29,010 bases of DNA from a virus (IMGVR_UViG_2802429220_000002:1-29010), one strand, 5' to 3'. Positions 1-8,050 are shown, counted from the first letter of the stretch. Made by a program: numbers and translations. The notes: a model not told the origin generated them from the sequence alone.

Positions 1-1
1 G

Positions 2-664
2 CTGTGGGAACTGAAAAGAAATGGCGTCGTTGATAAAACGGGTCACACCTGGTTTCTGGCTGGTGAAGGTGAATCCGGGGTAACCGAAGAGCAGCCAGCA
101 CAATCTGAAGTACCGGATGTGCTGACCGGGGAGGTCGAACAAAAAGTTACCGCGGACATGATGATTGAGTTTATCTGTCAGGATGGGGCTAAAACGTGTG
201 AGGAACTGGCGGATAAGTTCGGTGTCAGCACTCGCAAGGTTGCTTCCACGCTGGCGGTGGTAACCGCAACGGGACGTCTGGCACGCGTAAACCAGAACGG
301 TAAATTTCGCTACTGCATGCCGGGAGATAATTTACCAGCAGAGCCGAAAGCTGCATCGGTAGCGGAAACCGATGGTAAAGCCTTTCCTCAGCCAGCCGGT
401 GTTGCGTTACCAGTACAGGAAGCTGCAACACAGGAAGATATTAAAACAGAAACTGTGGCGGACATGGTGCAGTCGTTACCATCGCTCACCGAAACGCAAG
501 GGGATGACCTGATTTTACCATCACTGCATCTGGCAAACCGCGAACTGCGTCGGGCGAAAAATCATGTCCAGAAGTGGGAGCGTGTCTGCGCCGCGCTGCG
601 GGAGCTGAACAAGTACCGGGATATTATACGGCAGATGAATTGTTCCAGAGAGGATGTGAAGTGA
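2..664 (+). CDS. hypothetical phage early-region protein, 5' partial (frame open to the window start)
   Basis: Frame of the 119..664 ORF has no stop back to position 2, so the gene probably starts upstream of the window. Product is acidic with a possible HTH-like N-terminal region; no family recognised. Confidence 0.45.
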   Translation: MWELKRNGVVDKTGHTWFLAGEGESGVTEEQPAQSEVPDVLTGEVEQKVTADMMIEFICQDGAKTCEELADKFGVSTRKVASTLAVVTATGRLARVNQNGKFRYCMPGDNLPAEPKAASVAETDGKAFPQPAGVALPVQEAATQEDIKTETVADMVQSLPSLTETQGDDLILPSLHLANRELRRAKNHVQKWERVCAALRELNKYRDIIRQMNCSREDVK

Positions 665-975
665 GATGGCGTGGCTGGGTGCGGGCTGAAATCCTTATTC
701 TTCGGCAGTGCGCGGGAACAATGAAGGTAAAAAGCATCGGCAGTCTGATTGGCCGTAGTGAGGCGGCGGTCAGGACGAAAGCCCGGGAGATGGGAATAAG
801 TCTGATTCTGCGTGGTGATTTTCACCAGTCAGCAAAATATCCGCAGAGTGATATTGAGCTGACGCGACAATTGCATCAGCGTGGCGTGTCCAGGAGAGAA
901 ATCGCCAGAAAATTTGGAATGCCGCTGCGCACAGTGAATAACTACGTTTATTTCGACAGGAGGGTGTCTGCGTGA
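661..975 (+). CDS. putative HTH DNA-binding protein (nin-region small protein)
   Basis: In-frame GTG at 661 overlaps the upstream stop (GTGA) with a GAGG 8 nt upstream; ATG 721 is an alternative start. Two HTH-like segments (SIGSLIGRSEAAVRTKAREMGISL and SRREIARKFGMPLRTVNNYV). Confidence 0.4.
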   Translation: MRWRGWVRAEILILRQCAGTMKVKSIGSLIGRSEAAVRTKAREMGISLILRGDFHQSAKYPQSDIELTRQLHQRGVSRREIARKFGMPLRTVNNYVYFDRRVSA

Positions 976-1205
976 AAATCCTGTATCAGGATTACGGCCC
1001 GGTGGGACAGGTGGTTATCAGCAGTACTGTAATGGAGTTCCGGAAGCATAACCGTGTGGTGGATGCAGTACTGTTAGCCTGTCCGGGGATATCGGCGAGC
1101 CGTGCAGGTGTGTTTTTTATGAAGACGAAGTTATATGGCAGTACAGCGTGGATAAAGAAGGCGTACCGGGTAGCGTTACAGGAGGTAAACAGTGAGCGAA
1201 ATTAA
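972..1205 (+). CDS. hypothetical protein
   Basis: 77-codon ORF whose GTG start overlaps the previous stop (GTGA); fits the tightly packed early-gene array. No motif recognised. Confidence 0.3.
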   Translation: MKILYQDYGPVGQVVISSTVMEFRKHNRVVDAVLLACPGISASRAGVFFMKTKLYGSTAWIKKAYRVALQEVNSERN

Positions 1206-1653
1206 CTGTCAGGCACTGCGAGAGGCGGCAGAGAAAGCAACTAAAGGAAGCTACATCGTAGGGCATACGTCTGTTAACCAGCATGGCAATTTAACAGGAG
1301 TTTTTGTTTGTCAAAAATGGAAAGGAGAACCCGGTGGCGTGATTGCAGAATGTCATGTTAACTGCCTGGTTGAAACAGATGCTCAGGCTTACGCAAACGC
1401 TGAATTTATTGCTGCCTTTAATCCAAAGGTTGCGCTGGCGATACTGGATAAGCTGGAAGCTAAAGACAAGCGCATTGCAGAACTGGAGGCGAGGGAAATC
1501 CAGTTACCTGCTGGCTTCGACCTTCGATATGGACACCCGATAAATGCTGATGAGCGACATGTGATGATACCTAAAGAAAATGGCAACTGGATTCATCGGA
1601 CTGACTTAGAGCACTCACTACGTGTTGCAGGGATTCGTATTAAAGGAGACTAA
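1192..1653 (+). CDS. Ead/Ea22-like lambdoid early protein (putative)
   Basis: GTG start preceded by AGGAGG. N-terminus MSEINCQALREAAEKATKG and the coiled-coil LDKLEAKDKRIAELEA resemble the Ea22-like family of lambdoid prophages; assignment from memory, not searched. Confidence 0.45.
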   Translation: MSEINCQALREAAEKATKGSYIVGHTSVNQHGNLTGVFVCQKWKGEPGGVIAECHVNCLVETDAQAYANAEFIAAFNPKVALAILDKLEAKDKRIAELEAREIQLPAGFDLRYGHPINADERHVMIPKENGNWIHRTDLEHSLRVAGIRIKGD

Positions 1654-1655
1654 CG

Positions 1656-2011
1656 TGGAAATAAAACCAGAAGATGAGTTAAGTAATATTGTTTTATTTC
1701 CGGTAAAAGAGGATGACCCACGTAATCAGGTTAATTTTCTTTATGAGCCATCGGAAAGACCATATTGTCATCACGACTCTGTCCGGGTTGACGAAAAAGA
1801 GCGTCAGGTCCGCTGTAAAATCTGCGGTGCAGTTGTGGAGCCATTTGACTGGATGCTCTCTGTGGCGAAAAGAGAAACCAGACTGGCAGATGATGTAAGG
1901 ATCTTGCGCCAGGAGGAACGGGAAAGGCGGAGAAATATAGAAAAGCTAATTCAGATTGAGCGTAACGTGAAATCGCGGATACGCAGGGCGACAAAATCCA
2001 GAACAGAATAA
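1656..2011 (+). CDS. hypothetical protein with Cys/His cluster and basic C-terminus
   Basis: GTG 1656 after GGAG. Motif CHHDSVRVDEKERQVRCKICG suggests a zinc ribbon; Arg/Lys-rich tail. Confidence 0.4.
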
Positions 2012-2059
2012 TTAAATTTAGCACTGTTAAAAATTTAATCCTTAACCGGAGGTATATCA

Positions 2060-2272
2060 ATGTCAAACGCACAGAAAGTTATTAACGCTGAAAAATATAA
2101 CGAGTGGGTGAAAAAGTTCTCAGAGCAGATTTTTAAAATTACTGGCGACGAGAATGCGGCAAAAAATGAATTAGAGCCGTGGACACCTGAAGGTGTCGAC
2201 CCAAATTATTGCTGGTGTGATGTTGATCCAGTTGATGCTGCAAATGAAGCTATGAGTTATCACAACGATTAA
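2060..2272 (+). CDS. hypothetical small protein
   Basis: 70-aa ORF with a GGAGG RBS 7 nt before the ATG. Confidence 0.45.
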   Translation: MSNAQKVINAEKYNEWVKKFSEQIFKITGDENAAKNELEPWTPEGVDPNYCWCDVDPVDAANEAMSYHND

Positions 2273-2307
2273 TGTCAGGAGGCCGCCCGAAAGGGCGGTA
2301 ATGAAAA

Positions 2308-2631
2308 GTGACTGAATTAACCAAAGAGCAATTAATCGAAGAAGCCAAATTAAAAATAGCGATTGCGAAATGCCACCCCAATTCAGGGATGGCACGGATA
2401 GAGGGCGAGTTATTCAAAATTGCACTGGCATCGCTGGTAGCAGAGCCAGCTGGTAAATTGCATGAATACAAACCAGTGGGATATCAGCGTCTGGTCGACG
2501 AGTTAACCATGCTGGTAAAGCAGTTAGCTTGGCAACTGAGGAAAGCGAAACCGGGCTGCAAATTACCGGATAAAGCGATGGACTATCTGGAGCGAAACGG
2601 ACTTATAAGCGTGGAGGATGTTTTACGATGA
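2308..2631 (+). CDS. hypothetical protein
   Basis: 107-codon ORF (GTG start) preceded by a GC hairpin (ccgccc gaaa gggcgg, 2281..2296); coding-like composition. Confidence 0.4.
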   Translation: MTELTKEQLIEEAKLKIAIAKCHPNSGMARIEGELFKIALASLVAEPAGKLHEYKPVGYQRLVDELTMLVKQLAWQLRKAKPGCKLPDKAMDYLERNGLISVEDVLR

Positions 2632-2711
2632 CCTGGCCTGAGGCGTTCACAACGGCAGGAATTGCACTGGCGGTGGCGCTGGTGGAGTATTCGATTTGCC
2701 GCTGGGGATAA
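2628..2711 (+). CDS. putative small hydrophobic peptide (27 aa)
   Basis: ATG overlaps the upstream stop (ATGA) with GGAGGA 9 nt upstream; hydrophobic product MTWPEAFTTAGIALAVALVEYSICRWG. Below the ORF-track size cut-off; speculative. Confidence 0.25.
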   Translation: MTWPEAFTTAGIALAVALVEYSICRWG

Positions 2712-2718
2712 AAACGAT

Positions 2719-2746
2719 TTGCGGGAAAAGGATAGTTAAGTAGAAT
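2719..2746 (+). promoter_or_regulatory. putative sigma70 promoter of the hok (mok/hok) mRNA
   Basis: TTGCGG, 16-nt spacer, TAGAAT. The predicted start (~2753) falls on gggtgcttgaggctg, which resembles the 5' end of plasmid R1 hok mRNA as I recall it. Confidence 0.45.
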
Positions 2747-2809
2747 TGCTGCGGGTGCTTGAGGCTGTCTGTCTCAGGCATGAACACCAAAAGGCAGATA
2801 GAGAAAAGC

Positions 2810-2874
2810 CCCAGTTAACATTACGCGTCCGGCAAGACGCTTAACATTAATCTGAGGCCATATCTATGCTCTAC
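2810..2874 (-). ncRNA. putative Sok-like antisense RNA (approximate coordinates)
   Basis: On the minus strand: TTGCCT (complement of 2904..2909), 17-nt spacer, TAACCT (complement of 2881..2886) would drive a short antisense transcript across the mok start/leader, as in hok/sok loci. Ends are not determined. Confidence 0.35.
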
Positions 2875-3078
2875 ACACGTAGGTTAGCCTCTTACGTGCC
2901 GAAAGGCAAGGAGAAGCAGGCTATGAAGCAGCAAAAGGCGATGCTAATCGCCCTGATCGTCATCTGTTTAACCGTCATAGTGACGGCACTGGTAACGAGG
3001 AAAGACCTCTGCGAGGTACGAATCCGAACCGGCCAGACGGAGGTCGCTGTCTTCACAGCTTACGAACCTGAGGAGTAA
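2866..3078 (+). CDS. hok: Hok/Gef-family type I toxin (51-aa Hok from ATG 2923; a mok-like in-frame upstream start at 2866)
   Basis: Translation MKQQKAMLIALIVICLTVIVTALVTRKDLCEVRIRTGQTEVAVFTAYEPEE has the Hok/Gef architecture (N-terminal TM helix, conserved Cys, ...AYE C-terminal region) and closely matches chromosomal HokD/RelF as I recall it. The leader resembles R1 hok mRNA. Confidence 0.9.
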   Translation: MLYTRRLASYVPKGKEKQAMKQQKAMLIALIVICLTVIVTALVTRKDLCEVRIRTGQTEVAVFTAYEPEE

Positions 3079-3148
3079 GAGACCTGGCGGGGGAGAATTC
3101 CCTCGCCACCTCTGATGTGTCAGGCTTCCTCAACGCACCCGCACTTAA

Positions 3149-3174
3149 CCCGCTTCGGCGGGTTTTGTTTTTTC
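3149..3174 (+). terminator. Rho-independent terminator after hok
   Basis: cccgc-ttcg-gcggg hairpin followed by gttttgttttttc. Confidence 0.6.
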
Positions 3175-3245
3175 TGTGCATTCTGGTTTACAATTCGCAC
3201 GCCAGCCTGAACAACTGGCACCTGCTGCGCCAGCAGAGACAACCG

Positions 3246-3524
3246 ATGGCGCATGATACCAAATTACACAATTCTGATGATTCTGCCGTCTTTGCCAGCA
3301 GGCACGGGCTGCGTTCTCACGCATTCAAATATGACTGGTATCAGCACGATCCCTGCACTGAAGAACAGGCCGAATGGCTGATTCATAACTACCGCAGACG
3401 TGGGTATGAGTTTAAGAAAGCCCTCAGTCTCGATTATCGTCACTGGATAATCTACGTCAGGCTCCCTTATTCCGAACGCCCGCCGCGTCCATCCCGCACA
3501 TTCCAGCAACGGATCTGGAGGTAA
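3246..3524 (+). CDS. hypothetical small protein (at the position rem occupies in the Qin prophage)
   Basis: ORF track 3117..3524 overlaps the hok terminator, so the start is more likely ATG 3246. Function unknown; the synteny hok - small ORF - ydfU-like matches E. coli Qin (hokD-rem-ydfU). Confidence 0.4.
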   Translation: MAHDTKLHNSDDSAVFASRHGLRSHAFKYDWYQHDPCTEEQAEWLIHNYRRRGYEFKKALSLDYRHWIIYVRLPYSERPPRPSRTFQQRIWR

Positions 3525-3525
3525 C

Positions 3526-4575
3526 GTGCGGGTATTACTTCGACCTGTTCCGGTGCCGGAACTCGGGCTGGTGGTCCTTAAGCCGGGCCGTGAATCTATG
3601 CAGGTATTTCATAATCCCCGGGTACTGGTGGAGCCGGAACCGAAAAGCATGCGCGGTCTGCCGTCCGGAGCTGTTCCTGCCGTTCGCCAGGCGCTGGCGG
3701 AAGATAAATCATTACTGCCATTTTTCAGCGATGAGCGGGTGATTCGTGCTGCTGGCGGCGCTGGTGCACTGTCTGACTGGCTGTTGCGTCATGTCAAATC
3801 CTGCCAGTGGCCTCATGGTGACTATCATCACAGTGAAACCGTCATACATCGTTACGGTACCGGCGCGATGGTGTTGTGCTGGCACTGCGACAACCAGTTG
3901 CGTGACCAGACCTCCGAATCACTCGGGCAACTTGCTCATCAAAACCTGTCGGCATGGATGATTGACGTCATACGCCACGCAATGAATGGCACACAAGAGC
4001 GGGAATTATCGCTGGCTGAATTGTACTGCTGGGCTGCTGTAAATGATGTAGTGGATGCCATGACCGAAAATATGGCGCGTCGAATCCTGAAGCGTCCGGG
4101 TGAAAAAATCCGCTCAATATACCGCGAGAGCGACATCATACCGGGAGAACCGACAGCCACCAGCATACTGAAGCAGCGCACAAAAAATATTGCGCTACCA
4201 CCTTACGCCCACCAGCAACAGAACCCACCACAGGAAAAGACGGTGGTCAGCATCGCCGTTGATCCGGAGTCTCCTGAATCTTTCATGAAGCGACCTAAAC
4301 GTCGCCGTTGGGTAAATGAGAAATATACGCGCTGGGTGAAGACACAGCCGTGTGCGTGTTGTGGTCAACCAGCCGACGATCCCCATCACCTGATTGGTCA
4401 TGGTCAGGGCGGAATGGGAACAAAGGCCCACGATATTTTTACACTACCGCTGTGCCGGGAGCATCACAACGAACTTCATGCGGATCTGCTGGCGTTCGAA
4501 GAAAACCATGGTTCCCAGATTGATTTAATTTTTCGTTTTCTTGATCACGCCTTTGCAACCGGCGTGCTTGGGTAA
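3526..4575 (+). CDS. ydfU: YdfU-like DUF968-family prophage protein
   Basis: 349 aa, GTG start 4 nt after GGAGG. C-terminal Cys/His cluster CACCGQPADDPHHLIGHG...CREHHNELH is typical of the DUF968/YdfU family; synteny with hok and rusA as in Qin. Confidence 0.65.
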   Translation: MRVLLRPVPVPELGLVVLKPGRESMQVFHNPRVLVEPEPKSMRGLPSGAVPAVRQALAEDKSLLPFFSDERVIRAAGGAGALSDWLLRHVKSCQWPHGDYHHSETVIHRYGTGAMVLCWHCDNQLRDQTSESLGQLAHQNLSAWMIDVIRHAMNGTQERELSLAELYCWAAVNDVVDAMTENMARRILKRPGEKIRSIYRESDIIPGEPTATSILKQRTKNIALPPYAHQQQNPPQEKTVVSIAVDPESPESFMKRPKRRRWVNEKYTRWVKTQPCACCGQPADDPHHLIGHGQGGMGTKAHDIFTLPLCREHHNELHADLLAFEENHGSQIDLIFRFLDHAFATGVLG

Positions 4576-4587
4576 AAGAGGTTACTG

Positions 4588-4959
4588 ATGCGTATAGAGT
4601 TTGTTTTGCCTTACCCGCCGACGGTGAACACCTACTGGCGACGTCATGGCAGCACATATTTTGTATCAAAAGCCGGTGAGCGTTATCGCCGTGATGTGGC
4701 GCTCATTGTTCGCCAGCAGCGGTTGAAATTAAACCTCTCCGGAAGGCTGGCGATAAAGATTATTGCAGAGCCACCGGATAAGCGCCGTCGTGACCTGGAC
4801 AATATCCTGAAAGCACTGCTGGATGCGCTGACACATGCGGGGCTGCTTATAGACGACGACCAGTTTGATGAAATCAATATTGTGCATGGTCTGCCTGTTT
4901 GCGGTGGGCGACTGGGTGTGAATATATTCGTAATAAGAGGATGTAATGATGTTGCGTGA
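4588..4959 (+). CDS. rusA: RusA-family Holliday junction resolvase
   Basis: N-terminal [12 protein letters not shown] and catalytic-region [16 protein letters not shown]...LIDDD match RusA signatures; ~120 aa; typical position upstream of Q. Confidence 0.85.
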   Translation: MRIEFVLPYPPTVNTYWRRHGSTYFVSKAGERYRRDVALIVRQQRLKLNLSGRLAIKIIAEPPDKRRRDLDNILKALLDALTHAGLLIDDDQFDEINIVHGLPVCGGRLGVNIFVIRGCNDVA

Positions 4960-5320
4960 TATTCAGCTGGTTATGGAGCGGTGGGGAGCATGGGCAGCAA
5001 ATAATCATGAAGATGTAACATGGTCCTCGATAGCTGCTGGTTTTAAAGGATTAATCCCGACTAAAGTGAAATCACGTCCTCAGTGTTCTGATGATGACGC
5101 CATGATAATTTGTGGCTGTATGGCACGATTAAACAAGAATAATCAGTATTTGCACGATTTGTTGGTGGATTATTACGTAGGTGGAATGACATTTATGGCT
5201 CTTGCACGTAAGCATAGATGTTCTGATGGGCTTATTGGTAAAAGACTTTATAAAGCTGAAGGTATTATTGAAGGAATGCTTATGGCTCTGAATGTCCGGT
5301 TAGATATGGATATGCGGTAG
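4946..5320 (+). CDS. late-gene antitermination protein Q (small Q family)
   Basis: 124 aa with a WGAWAA motif and Cys cluster, directly after rusA and before the late/lysis region, as expected for Q in lambdoid genomes. Confidence 0.65.
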   Translation: MMLRDIQLVMERWGAWAANNHEDVTWSSIAAGFKGLIPTKVKSRPQCSDDDAMIICGCMARLNKNNQYLHDLLVDYYVGGMTFMALARKHRCSDGLIGKRLYKAEGIIEGMLMALNVRLDMDMR

Positions 5321-5413
5321 GGATATATAGTGACGAGGGTTATGTTTTCTGTGTTTATAATTAATATGTTTATTTTTTGATGGTCATGAATTTTATGGAA
5401 GGTAAACAAAATG

Positions 5414-5442
5414 TTGCCAAGTGAATTGAAAATATTGATAAT
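5414..5442 (+). promoter_or_regulatory. putative sigma70 promoter of the CPBP/Abi moron
   Basis: TTGCCA, 17-nt spacer, GATAAT, about 30 nt upstream of the RBS AAGGAG and ATG 5474. The late promoter/qut region is probably in 5321..5410 (possible TGACGA ... TATAAT at 5331..5361, weak). Confidence 0.45.
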
Positions 5443-5473
5443 CAATCATCATCATTAAATAAAAGGAGTGTTT

Positions 5474-6292
5474 ATGTGGATTGTGTTAGCACTGTCACTG
5501 TCAACTCTCAGTTGGCATAAGGTAGTGGCTTTTTCATTGTTGACGGTGTCTGTTGTCCTGGCTGTGCTTAATGATATTATTGATTGGCCGGTGTTGTTTT
5601 TTGTTGCTACAATCGTTTTTTTTATTATTTTGAAGTTCAACTGGAAATATAACGCCTGGGCTAAATCCATATATGAAGCTGGCATAGTTTTATCAGCCAT
5701 AGCATTATCTTTCCATTTATGGCCAGGGTTTCACAATCCTGTAGTGCTAAAGTCTGTCACTATCGGACCTCAAAGCACTCCCTATACAATGTATTTTAAT
5801 TTTGATAAAGCGCTGGTGCCATTTTTGTTAGTCCTGTGTACAGCTTCTTTGTTTAAAAAAGAAGTGAAATCAGAAGTGTCTTTGTGGAAATGGGGGGCTA
5901 TGTTGCTCTCTGTTCCTCTTATACTGTTTTTGGCTGTTTTTTTTGGTGGGTTAAAGCCAGAGATTCATTTCCCAGAGTGGTTGCCAGAGTTTATATTGGC
6001 TAATTTGTTTTTTGTGTCTCTGGCAGAGGAGTCATTATTTAGAGGGTATATTCAATCACGGCTATCAGAAGTGACGTCTCCATTGGTTGCGTTAATTGTG
6101 GCGTCTTTGTTGTTTGGTTTTTATCACTATTCAGGTGGTGCTTTACTTGTATTATTTGCCACGTTATCTGGTGTTGTGTATGGATTGTCATGGATGTGGA
6201 GTGGGCGCTTGTGGGTGGCAACCCTTTTCCATTTTGGTCTGAATCTGTGTCACTTGTTATTCTTTACCTATCCATTCTTAAAACATAATTGA
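5474..6292 (+). CDS. CPBP-family intramembrane metalloprotease (CAAX protease / Abi-domain protein)
   Basis: Polytopic membrane protein with the three CPBP motifs: EExxxR (LAEESLFRGY), FxxxH (FGFYHY), HxxxN (HFGLNL). The gene is visibly AT/T-rich relative to flanking phage genes. The ORF track starts at GTG 5468; ATG 5474 has better RBS spacing. Confidence 0.8.
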   Translation: MWIVLALSLSTLSWHKVVAFSLLTVSVVLAVLNDIIDWPVLFFVATIVFFIILKFNWKYNAWAKSIYEAGIVLSAIALSFHLWPGFHNPVVLKSVTIGPQSTPYTMYFNFDKALVPFLLVLCTASLFKKEVKSEVSLWKWGAMLLSVPLILFLAVFFGGLKPEIHFPEWLPEFILANLFFVSLAEESLFRGYIQSRLSEVTSPLVALIVASLLFGFYHYSGGALLVLFATLSGVVYGLSWMWSGRLWVATLFHFGLNLCHLLFFTYPFLKHN

Positions 6293-6433
6293 TTTTTTTC
6301 TATGGCTTTAAATTTATAACACAGAAAAATAGCAGTATGTGACATTTGCATGAAAAATATGCACGGCAAAGCATTTACGTACGTAAAAAATCATGTATGC
6401 TTTTAAGAGTGGTTATTTCACCGCATAGCCTGA

Positions 6434-6456
6434 ACCCGCCTCTGAGCGGGTTTTTT
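6434..6456 (+). terminator. Rho-independent terminator downstream of the CPBP gene
   Basis: acccgc-ctctga-gcgggt hairpin followed by tttttt. Confidence 0.55.
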
Positions 6457-6579
6457 GTGCCCGCAAAGTAGCGCAGTGCGTTAAATGTGCTGGTAGTTAT
6501 TAATACTGGTCTTTCTGCTTGCTGGCTTTTTAGACAAGAGTTATTGGTATGTTACGTTAACCAGAAAAGGGAAAAAGAC

Positions 6580-6777
6580 ATGCTAAAACAGCAGGATATG
6601 ACCGAAACCGCCAGAGTGGTGTTTAATGAATTAAGCGTCACCGAACCGGCGACCGTCGGGGAGATTGCGCAGAATACTTACCTTTCACGCGAGCGCTGCC
6701 AGTTAATACTGACTCAGCTTGTTATGGCGGGTCTGGCAGATTATCAGTTCGGTTGTTACAGACGCCTTCCGCAGTGA
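6580..6777 (+). CDS. hypothetical small protein, possible winged-helix DNA-binding
   Basis: 65 aa from ATG 6580 with a purine-rich stretch upstream; TVGEIAQNTYLSRERCQLILTQLVMAGL looks like an HTH recognition segment. Weak assignment. Confidence 0.35.
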   Translation: MLKQQDMTETARVVFNELSVTEPATVGEIAQNTYLSRERCQLILTQLVMAGLADYQFGCYRRLPQ

Positions 6778-6927
6778 AGGCTTTTTAATTTGTGGTAATG
6801 GGCGGCTGGTGGGTGTTAGCGGCACCTGCCAGCCATCTGCTCATGCGTTGGGGTCACAAGCAAACCTCAGGCCCATCTGCTTTGCGCAAAAGCGGTATGA
6901 GCCTATCAGAGAAGTGCTTATTGATCT

Positions 6928-7477
6928 ATGGCTAATACTGTAAAAATATCCAGCTTCGAGTTAATCAACGCTGATTTCCTAGAATTTATCCAGACCTTAC
7001 CGGAAAACTCTGTCGATCTGATAGTCACAGACCCGCCATACTTTAAAGTGAAGCCCGAGGGCTGGGATAACCAGTGGAAGGGCGACGATGATTACCTGAA
7101 ATGGCTGGATCAGTGTCTGGCGCAGTTCTGGTGGGTATTAAAACCCGCCGGAAGTCTTTACCTGTTCTGTGGTCATCGCCTGGCATCTGATATCGAAATC
7201 ATGATGCGTGAGCGCTTTAATGTGCTGAACCACATTATCTGGGCGAAGCCGTCCGGGCGCTGGAACGGGTGCAACAAGGAAAGCCTGCGGGCGTATTTCC
7301 CGGCAACAGAGCGCATTCTGTTTGCGTCCGGGAGATTTGGTTGCCGACTTTTTCATGGGGTCAGGCTCCATAATAAAAGCAGCGCTGGCACTTGGGGGCA
7401 TGGCGTTAAGCGTTGAACTTGAGTCTGAACGTTTTGAGCATACTGCGGGTGAAATAGTTACGTTGGCAGATAATTAA
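6928..7477 (+). pseudogene. DNA N6-adenine/N4-cytosine methyltransferase, interrupted by a frameshift near 7330 (or a sequencing error)
   Basis: N-terminal part (6928..7416) carries the catalytic DPPY motif (LIVTDPPYF). The AdoMet-binding motif (DLVADFFMGSGSIIKAALALG) is encoded in a different frame (7334..7477). Neither frame alone gives a complete enzyme. Confidence 0.75.
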
Positions 7478-7591
7478 ATCACTGCACAATAAGCTAATGA
7501 ATTGATGTTAACTTCCCGTATTATTGGGCTACTTCGAGAGAAAGGTGCATTACATTTCAGATGTATTTCATCTCACATCCGAGGAAGCAAT

Positions 7592-7667
<76 letters not shown>

Positions 7668-7670
7668 TAT

Positions 7671-7745
<75 letters not shown>

Positions 7746-7877
7746 ACATTTGATAGAGGCGTATTGCAGCACTGGCGTATTTTTATTACGTGAGGACAGA
7801 TTGTTTTTTTAGGAACTCTCAGTTTTCGGGCTATGTTTTGAGGCCAGGTTAGCCTCAGTGCTGATTTTTTACAATAC

Positions 7878-7946
7878 CGGAATGGTGCATTATTGGTTGG
7901 GCTACGTAGTGAGCCCTATGGCAGGTACCGGTAATGCACCATTCCG
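7878..7946. repeat. 15-bp perfect inverted repeat (cggaatggtgcatta / taatgcaccattccg) with a 39-nt structured loop
   Basis: Arms at 7878..7892 and 7932..7946 are exact reverse complements. The loop holds a further hairpin (gggct...agccc). The ggtgcatta core also occurs at 7546..7554 upstream of the tRNAs. Confidence 0.6.
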
Positions 7947-8025
7947 ATGTTGTAAACATCACTTAGAGTAAGTTATAGAACAATTTGCTACTAAGTAAAA
8001 CCTGAAACCTGGGAATACATCTTTA

Positions 8026-8050
8026 CCGCCACACCTGGCGGTTTTTTTTT
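8026..8050 (+). terminator. Rho-independent terminator closing the methylase/tRNA unit
   Basis: ccgcca-cacc-tggcgg hairpin followed by nine T. Confidence 0.6.

Noticed and set aside
3117-3245. N-terminal extension of the ORF downstream of hok (track start 3117)
   Set aside because: The extension spans the hok terminator hairpin and T-run (3149..3174), so translation is more likely to start at ATG 3246.
7480-7591. Possible third tRNA or promoter element upstream of tRNA-Thr
   Set aside because: Could not fold any cloverleaf here; only a short ggtgcatta motif repeat. Likely promoter/leader for the tRNA pair but no convincing -35/-10 spacing found.
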